A DNA stretch of 61,997 nucleotides, the filler included, from Choristocarpus tenellus KU-1152 (lineage: Eukaryota > Protista > Phaeophyceae), in NCBI GenBank assembly GCA_964200185.2. It is 12 parts of 12 records of this genome, joined end to end, with 100 filler letters (N's around TTAATTAATTAA, not from the genome) between each part and the next. Parts side by side here need not be neighbours in the genome. Positions count along the whole stretch, not along the records: positions 49,725 to 55,250 come from CAXNAD020010525.1; positions 55,351 to 59,303 come from CAXNAD020016961.1; positions 59,404 to 61,997 come from CAXNAD020026449.1; 9 more parts are not named here. One strand, written 5' to 3'. The position numbers and the translations under genes are program-made. Under the pieces are notes generated by a model that had not been told where the DNA came from, searched no databases, and worked only from the letters and a program-made list of their open reading frames with translations. Position 1 is the stretch's first letter. Every line of letters starts with the position of its first letter. Of the stretch, positions 53,674-61,997 are shown in pieces.

Positions 53674-54169
53674 TGTTATAGGAAAACAGCGCAAGTATGT
53701 CTTCTTCTCGCGTTCTAACAAGCATTAGCAGTATACTCGCGAGGGGAACCTTATAAAGAGGAACTCTGATTTGCTAAGGGTTGCGCAGTGTGATCTGTAA
53801 CTTGGGAATGTCGCAACGGTTTTCAGATGTATTCCATCTTCTTTTTACCAAAAACAAAAATAAAACCCAAATGATGATAAAAAGAATAAAGAGCACTGCT
53901 TAACAAAAACCCCTCTACACACTTCTTTTCTTGATATATCTGGTGCCATACACTCATTGATGTCGAAAGAGAGAAGTACCGCCTGTTCTACTGAGCTGAC
54001 GTTCATTAACCTGTGCGTTGGACTTATTGACCGTCAGAGTATCCTGGAGTCTTGTACGACCATCAGCGTCATCTGTAGGCTTGTGGATCGAAGCTAAAAA
54101 TCCTGTGGAGGTAAGCCTCTGGAGGATGCTGTAAAATGGAGGTCCTACCGAGACCTCCGTGCTGTAACA
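53674..54169 (+). mobile_element. Family A' element, uninterrupted
   Basis: TGTTATAGG...GCTGTAACA, flanks GTAT/TTAT; homologous to 51635-52597. Confidence 0.8.
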
Positions 54170-55229
54170 TTATTGTAGCGGTAATATTAGTTGCAGTAGG
54201 AATAGTAGTGGTAGTAGTAAAGGCTCTTACATTTTGTGCCGTTTTCCACAGTTATTATACAGTACAATGTAGTTTTTTTTTTCTCTTGTGCTCACATCAA
54301 TAAGGGACTTGGAACATGTTGTCCCCATCGACCCTTTTCGCCCCTACCCATGGTCAGGGTCATTTTAAGTACTACTACACACTGTGAGCTTCCTTTCAAC
54401 ACTATTGTTGTCACAGTAGTGACTAACATAAACGAACTGTTATTGCACCAACCTTGGACAAAGAATTTGTTGCATTACCCTGTGCTTGCCTTGCTTTTTT
54501 TCTTCTCGCACATTATTGGGTTCAATAATTCTTCTAGTACTTGCCTGCCTGCAACAAACGTTGTGACAATGAGTTCGGTCATTTCCGTTTTTTTTATGAC
54601 TCAACACCATTCGAAAGAATAGAAGGAAAATAGGGTGGGATGATGCATGCGCTTTACTGCAACTCTACCCTTAGAAAGGTATACTCAAACCCAATTAATT
54701 TCGTATTGTGCTGCACATCTCCTGGACCGTAACAAATATATAGTGGCTCGATTGGCCATAACCCTATAGTACTATGGGTGACTGGAACAACAAAATATAG
54801 AAGAGAAACAAATCACTTGGGTATACGCCACAAATGATGCCCTTCACCCTTCCTTACAGAAAGTTTATCCAATGAGATGCCTCTCTTTGCACAGACGGCA
54901 TGCATATGCTTTAATCACCTCTTCCCTCAATAGTGACTGCGGTTAATGGTCAACGCATTCCTCCGCCTCCAGAAGTCATTAAGTGAAGTTGTAGGACCAC
55001 CGCAGTTGTATAGCCTAGCCGTACAATCTGGGTGACCCTACCCACTCGTTCCTACTGTTACTACGCACAAAACAGGTGCCACAAAAGGCAGGCGATGTAC
55101 CTTTCCAGGTATCACGTACTCCAGACTACTACGTAGTATATATCACATACAATGTTTATTGCGATCTTTTGCCCACATATACTTTTGCAAATATACGTTT
55201 TCAATGGGGGGGACAAGAGGCAACATACA

Positions 55230-55250
55230 GGATCAAAGTATCTGGGGGGG
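55230..55250. mobile_element. Family C end at contig break
   Basis: GGATCAAAGTATCTGGGGGGG. Confidence 0.7.
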
Positions 55251-55530
55251 NNNNNNNNNNNNNNNNNNNNNNNNNNNNNNNNNNNNNNNNNNNNTTAATT
55301 AATTAANNNNNNNNNNNNNNNNNNNNNNNNNNNNNNNNNNNNNNNNNNNNCACATTCCCAAACGCAAATATCCCCGTGAATTACTTAGTGTCAACATCCA
55401 TATGTGATGCTACCCCCCCCCCAAAAAAAAAAAAGAAAGCTTGTACTAGCATCCCTTTCAGGATGTTCAAAGGACATGCAAGTTTTTCAATATTCCCCTC
55501 TCCCCTCACCAGGAGGAGGTCAATTCTTAC

Positions 55531-56457
55531 CGGCAGGTTCTCCTGACTTCAAGCTTTCAGCCTTCTTCACCACACCCATGACTGCAGAGATTATCTGCGC
55601 CTCATCTGCTTCTTCCACCTCAAGTCCTCCTCCCCCTGCCCCAATCTTGGCCCTGGGCTGCTCCGGAGCCTCCCCTGTCATGACCGAAGTAGAACCAACC
55701 TTATCTCCACCTGCCTGGTTGTTGCTGTGCTTCCCACGAAGCACCTTCAGGAGGGACTCCTCACTAAACTTGAGAAGATTGTGGATGCCAAACAGTTCCC
55801 CTTCCTGCCCCTTGGATCCCTGTTTCATCAATTACAAACATTAAGATGCAAACACACACACACGCACACACACACACCCAGACACAGACAGACACAGACA
55901 GACACATATACACCCAGACAGACAGACAGACACACACACACATACACGTGCGCGGGCACGCCTGTTTGGATTTCGAACTTCCACACTCTTAGGATTTTGG
56001 TGGATAGAGGCGAGGGGGTTCAAGCACCATTCTTGTTTTTATTATTTTTATATATAGTACTATTATTATCTATTATTTAAAGCAACCGCCTAGCAAAAAG
56101 GTAGCAGGGAGAGCGTAGAGCACAGAAAAATTGCAACAGAGTTCACGGAATAACCAATCAAAGCAACACAAATATAAACATTGTAACAGTCTGGTCTTTT
56201 GACATAGACAAGGCAAACACGCCAAGCAAGACTCCAAAAAAAAAAAACGATTTTTCTCCCCTCCTCCCTTGCCCACCCCCAACACTCCAGATACAAAAAC
56301 AAAGATTTAGATTTAGATTTAGTTCCCTCTAAGGCATGAGTATGCGAGAAGTCATTGACAATATACTACACTCTTCTACAATTTTATTTAAACGTCTCAT
56401 ACGTACTCTGACAACCTTTGGTTCTTACAAAAAATTATAATGTCCACCAAAACAAAG

Positions 56458-56522
<65 letters not shown>

Positions 56523-56987
56523 AGGATCATATTTCTCAAAATGTCGAAATCAGATCATCACTTGCAGGATGGTACTGCAAGCAAAAAAACACTTGCCTGC
56601 ACTGCATTGAACTGTCTCCTCCCTCCCTTAGCTATGTCTCCCATAGCAGCACTGCTTATCTGCAGTTTGTAGATCTGCCGCATATAACACATTTCCTCAA
56701 TAGTGCCTTTGGATATGAGCCGGAAAACGCCCACCTTTGTGTTTTCGTTGTTACAATTTAATTACAAAAGCTGCAATAGTTTTTTGTTTTGTTTTATTTA
56801 AAGAAGGTACCCGACGCCTTCTGGTCCTTGGAGGAAACAACATAAAAAACAAAACATCACTGCAGAAAAACAATCAACTGATATCCTTGTAGTTGGAATC
56901 AGAGAGAGAGAGAGAGAGAGAACAAAAACATCCTGCCAGGAAATTTTACTTAAAAAGCGAACTCAAGAAAATGAAACACAAAAACAA

Positions 56988-57036
<49 letters not shown>

Positions 57037-57460
57037 GAGAGACACACAAAAAGCGTTTGAGCATCTTCCAAGGCGTGTACACCCAAAGGAAATGCAACCA
57101 ACCTTCACAGGCGTCTCAACCTTCCCTTCTCACTCAATCTGTCATTTTTCTTTTTATATTTTCCAAACCTTGTTTTTCTGTCCAATGCGATACGCACGAT
57201 CCTGTGCCTGAAGTTCCAGTGCTGGGTTCCAGTTAACATCGTATATTATCACCTTGGAGGCGGTGTACAGATTCAGTCCCTGCCCCCCAGCTTTGGTACT
57301 TATGAGGAACACAAACACGCCTTCCCTCTCTGAGTTGAAGCGCCGGATGCGGACTTGACGTTCCTTGGGGGGGGTGCTCCCATCCAGTCGAAGGCATTTG
57401 TAGCCCTTTGAGAACATGTAGCTCTGGACATAATATATATGCACATATATATATACACAT

Positions 57461-57501
<41 letters not shown>

Positions 57502-57985
57502 ATGTAAATACAATTGTGCCCAACATTGATAAATACATGTGAGTGGTCTTAAAAAAAAATTCCTCAGGTTCTAATAGCAACAGCAAGGACCATTGAAGTC
57601 AAGAGTTAAACAAAACAGTCCACCACTATAATGGATAAAGGTACACATTTTGAATACAAATAATACAAAAAATAATAATCCAAAAATAGATTAACACGCA
57701 GCGGCTGACATACAGCCCTCGTCCCTCTTCCCTCTTCCCTAACCCTAACCCCAAAAGACGAAAGTGTTCGTTTCTAGTTTTCTGATCAGAATCGTGCGCT
57801 AGCATACCTCCAAGACATACCTCCAAAACATCAAGCATTGCAGTGCTCCAGCTGAAGAGTAGCACCTTCTCATTGGTGTCCTTGAACCTCTCCAGCAGCA
57901 CCTTCCATTGTTTATTGTAAAAAAATTAACAGCAAAAGATTATGTACATATTTATCATTCAAAACACACACACACACACACACAC

Positions 57986-58016
<31 letters not shown>

Positions 58017-58110
58017 TTCTAATCATCAGAAAAGAAAACATTTGCATGGGGCAAACAAAGGAAAAGCGATTCAACATAATCTTTTATTCAAAATCAGAAG
58101 CAAAGTTAAC

Positions 58111-58144
<34 letters not shown>

Positions 58145-58551
58145 TGGGCAAATGACCATGCAGGCAGACTACACGAAATTGCAAATTTCTGAGAGCGCCA
58201 GTACAATAGGTAGTCGAAGTATCGCCTAAGAGACAAATAATATATATAATAATATTATATATAATAATATATACAAACAACCTTTTTCCTGGACATAAAT
58301 CTCACCAGTGAAACGGCGACTAACTTAATGCTCTTGTATTAGACTTGTTGTGCTGTTAACATCACCTCAATACACACTATATTAGCAGGTGCTCTTGACC
58401 CTCCTCTTCCCCTGTTAAAATAGCATGTCTCTAACCAACTCACCGCCAGGCTGGACATCTTTCCGCACACATCAGCCCTGGCCACCTCCAGAAAGTGCTG
58501 GGAGCGCACCAGGCCCCCCATGGCTTCACGAGCACCCTCTGGAAACGCCTC
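55531..58551 (-). CDS. ERCC6L2: SNF2-family ATPase, ERCC6L2/Rad26-like, helicase C-terminal exons 58551-58444, 57901-57821, 57423-57169, 56734-56597, 55819-55531
   Basis: CGKM; KVLLFSWSTAMLDVLE; RLDGST; FLISTKAGGQGLNL; WNPALELQAQDRAYRIGQ; FRLISKGTIEEMCYMRQIYK; and RQFNAVQGSKGQEGELFGIHNLLKF, which is characteristic of ERCC6L2. All internal junctions are phase 0. Confidence 0.9.
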
Positions 58552-59403
58552 CTTCAATTGTTGCAACACCAAAGGGAATCAGAACACTCATCTTCAAAGA
58601 AAAAAATGAAGAAGGCGACTAGTAAACGGAGGGGGTCGATTGCTTCAAATAAAATGGAACGTAGTTGGGTGTCAGTATGTATGTATGTATGTATATATTT
58701 TTTAAATAGGACATTTTGAACCATCTTAGGATGAATGACACTTTTCTGGGGACTAGGACACAATCAAGAGCTGGTCTCTGAAAGTCCTTAATAAAACATA
58801 AAATATGCAATACTTAACCCACTATGAACCCACACCACACGACACTATTGGAAAGTGTCAGAAAAGACATAACCAGCAGTTCTTTTTTTAACAGGCAGTG
58901 AAACTTTGGATGAAGCAATAATATATATATATATATATATTTATTTTTTCCACTCTTCTGACTAGCACTCGTCTCTACTTGGTTGTTCTTTTTCCTCACC
59001 TCCACAGCCCTCCTTGCAATGACGGATGCAGAAATACTTCACAGATTGCATCAACATTAAAAAAAAAGGGTTTCCAATTAGTAGGCGGTACAGTATGAAT
59101 GAAAAAAAAAAATGTCGCCGGCATATGGTATGTGATATGCGACTAAGAATCGATAGTACCTTTGAGGCTAAATACATAGCGTTGCATACCCACTTTGTAA
59201 TTAAAAAAAAAAAAAACTTGTCAGAATCCGGACATTTCCAGATCAAACACTCCCCCGGGGGGGGGGGGGGGTCGGGAGTGAGACCCTGCGTAACCCCCCC
59301 CCCNNNNNNNNNNNNNNNNNNNNNNNNNNNNNNNNNNNNNNNNNNNNTTAATTAATTAANNNNNNNNNNNNNNNNNNNNNNNNNNNNNNNNNNNNNNNNN
59401 NNN

Positions 59404-59458
59404 CATTATGCCTAAGGACATTCAGTTGGCTCGCCGCATCCGTGGCGAGCGTTCATAG
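59404..59458 (+). CDS. H3: Histone H3, C-terminal end
   Basis: IMPKDIQLARRIRGERS* with TAG at 59456-59458. Confidence 0.95.
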
Positions 59459-59542
59459 GCAGTCTAGGCAGCCTTCTTGTCATCTGACCCCCACACTTCA
59501 TCTGGGGTTGTGCTGTGTCCACGGTCTTAATGTCACACACCT

Positions 59543-59576
59543 GGTGCTTTTCAGCACCACCCAATCAACAAGAGAG
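59543..59576 (+). promoter_or_regulatory. Histone mRNA 3' stem-loop with ACCCA and a downstream purine-rich element
   Basis: GGTGCT-TTTC-AGCACC (59543-59558; 6-bp stem, 4-nt loop), ACCCA (59559-59563) and AAGAGAG (59570-59576), 84 nt after the H3 stop. Confidence 0.85.
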
Positions 59577-61336
59577 CCTTGAAAAACCCAGTAGTTGAAG
59601 GAGGCAGTCCGTCTTACATCGTTTGAGGGTAAATCTTAACATGGATAATACGGCGATGGTCAACATTGACTCCAATCGATGTCACATCCGAATTCTCTTG
59701 TCACGTCAAGACCACATCTGTATCCAACCAATTGTGACACTGCATTCCAATTGCCTGAGGTTACACCACTTACTACTTAGCAACCTTTCAGTTTGTTGTA
59801 GGCACCATGTTAACATTACTGATCCTTCGATCATTCAGCGATTGCTAGCCAAAGAGAACGGGGCATAACGTTTTTGATGTTGGGGAATGTACAATATGTT
59901 TTGTAACTTAGAAGCCGTCTAAGGTGAAATGCACGTTGCAACGTGAACGAAATTGACATCCAAGCTGTGTTGTGTAAGACAAGGTATTGTCTTGAAAATA
60001 GAGGTGGAAGGATTTGGAACTGATATTTAATCAGTCTTCAACAAAAAGGGTTAGGGATCAAATTGACCTATTCAATCGTTGCCAAACAATGTTATATATA
60101 CAATGCTTCGTTCATACACGTAAAATAGCCCTGGTTGCTGTTGTCGTGGATGATGTACACCAGAGCTGTAATGACCTCAACCAAGCGTTGTATATATAAT
60201 GGTCTTTACAAGGCTGATTGGCACGCTAGATTCAGATGGCCAGAGGGCGTTACAGAGCATGAGTAAATAGGCTCCCATCATTTGCTGGACAACGGGTGCT
60301 GTAAATAAGTACATCAAGGACTTTGGTATGTTCTCTTGGCATTAGTTTGCTCTTTCTTCTGTTCAATTCTTGGATTTAAAATGTTGAACTAGGACGTGGA
60401 ATAACAAGAATTTCCAGAAGAAGTGGTTGCTTCACGGAATGACAATGGAGCAAAACAGAATCAATCCTCCTTCTGAAAACAAATGTTGCAGAGCAAAGAG
60501 CACCGAGTTAAGATCTTTATGATATATGTTCTAGGTGGCATAATGCATGGTTGGATCAGTTGGATGCGCCGGAGGCAACTCCAGGTTATTGATTCCCTGT
60601 GGTATGATAGGTCATTGATGCAGGGATGTTCCTTGAGGTGGGAAGGAAAATGTCATATTTCAACTGTTGCCATTAACAATGAGTCATAGTAAACGAGAGG
60701 TACCCAGAGTTGCATTTTAGGGATGCTGGCAAATATGTACAAAATTCGGCTTTTTTAAAAATGCGTATAGGATATTTTCTGAACTGTGTTGGTAAGGCTT
60801 CAAATAATAGAAATAAACTCTCCCCAGCAGAACTTAGAAATAAATAAAATTATGGATGAATTGCTAAAGATTGAAAAAACGACTTCAAATGCAAAATGGT
60901 CAAAACCTGGGTATCTCTGGTTTGCTTCGACTCAATGGAGCATACGTATGGGATAGCATCAGTTGTTTCCTTAAAACTCTATCGTTAATTGTTGTACTAG
61001 ATGCTGGTTACCTTCAAGTCCAAGTAGGGGAATGGTACTTTGTGAGGTTGCATGCCACACACTTCTTGGGTGAGTGTGTGATGTGTTTCATAATATTGAA
61101 CAATATGGAGATCAAATATGAGGCTTTTTTTTTGTTTATTTATATCATTCTGTACTTCGACAACATGGAGTGAGCAAGGTGGAAGAGTGATTTCACACTT
61201 CTCGGTTGTGTGACTTGGAATGGTTAACCCATCAAGGCGAATGGTCAACCCATCAAGCAATTGATTTCATGAGTTTCTATGCTACTCGGAATGAGTTCAT
61301 TATTTGTGTAATTTTTGACTAATGTGGTCTAGGCGA

Positions 61337-61475
61337 TGCATCATGTGGATATTCTTACGTTGTCCAATGAAAAGAAAGATTGTTACAGCACACTCCGTAG
61401 CTTACGTGCATCATGTGGATATTCTTACGTTGTCCAATGAAAAGAAAGTTTGTTACAGCACACTCCGTAGCTTAC
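61337..61475. repeat. 70-bp tandem duplication covering the element terminus
   Basis: 61337-61406 is repeated at 61407-61475 with about one mismatch. Confidence 0.9.
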
Positions 61476-61732
61476 CGCCATGGGATGCATAGGTCCAGTC
61501 CACAACCATGTAGATGGGGCTGATGCACAAGCGGTCAAGTACGCTGAAAATCTCACTTGGTTTATTCCCTTTGTAAGTATCAATATCATTATATAAAAGG
61601 AATTGGTCAACAATACCATCAAGCATCATAATGACCAATAATAAATGGTCAAAAGTTCAAACATATAAATCTAGGACTTCAAGGTCGCAACAGCGTTTAT
61701 GAAACCGCCATCAAGACAAATCGCCTGTAACA
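61451..61732 (-). mobile_element. Diverged family A element
   Basis: TGTTACAGCAC...CCGCCATCAAGACAAATCGCCTGTAACA; colinear with 52761-53065. Confidence 0.85.
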
Positions 61733-61997
61733 AGAACAGCTTACATCACATTCCTGTTGTTCACTCTCATTTTCATTTTGGAGATGTATGTCTGACAAAC
61801 TGTGCACCTGTCAGAACCAGTGCATGTACTACTTTGCATCCACTACTCTCAGTTGTAGTATTGTAGCAAGGGGTAGAAACAGTAAAGAATACACATAACC
61901 TATAACAACTCAAATAATGTTCACACAAAAGGAAGAAATAGACGAAAAAAGTTATTGTGCCAAAAATAAGAGGAAGATTCAGTAGGTCAGCCCCCCC

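Noticed and set aside
9001-59403. Regularly recurring TTAATTAATTAA palindrome as a biological repeat or array
   Set aside because: Always embedded in 44+44 N; it is an artificial scaffold linker.
7021-59458. Kinase, PH, NTPDase, ERCC6L2 and H3 as a functional gene cluster
   Set aside because: They lie on separate contigs joined arbitrarily.
1-61997. CRISPR arrays, rRNA, tRNA or prokaryotic operons
   Set aside because: No regularly spaced repeat-spacer array, no recognisable structural RNA gene, and the genes have spliceosomal introns.

Overview
Eukaryotic, intron-rich, repeat-dense DNA made of 12 unrelated short contigs. They are joined by an artificial 100-bp linker (44 N + TTAATTAATTAA + 44 N), so nothing is syntenic across linkers. 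Gene style, an RTE-type LINE fragment and histone H3 ending GERS suggest a stramenopile, possibly a brown alga (inference). Host gene fragments rebuilt by hand from splice sites and reading phase: a Ser/Thr kinase, two PH/PH-like proteins, a probable HGH1 first exon, a probable ArsS-like radical SAM N-terminus, a GDA1/CD39 NTPDase, an ERCC6L2-type SNF2 ATPase and the 3' end of histone H3. The mobile fraction contains (i) a decayed, intron-containing Sola2-type transposase with two MITE families sharing the terminus GRNNNAAAGTATCT and making 4-bp TSDs, (ii) a TGT...ACA family with 4-bp TSDs that nests into its own relatives, and (iii) remnants of Penelope, copia, RTE and possibly hAT elements. 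The most striking signal is a metazoan-style histone 3'-processing cassette (stem-loop, ACCCA, purine-rich HDE-like element) in a non-metazoan-looking genome. All family assignments come from motif recognition by eye; no database search was run.
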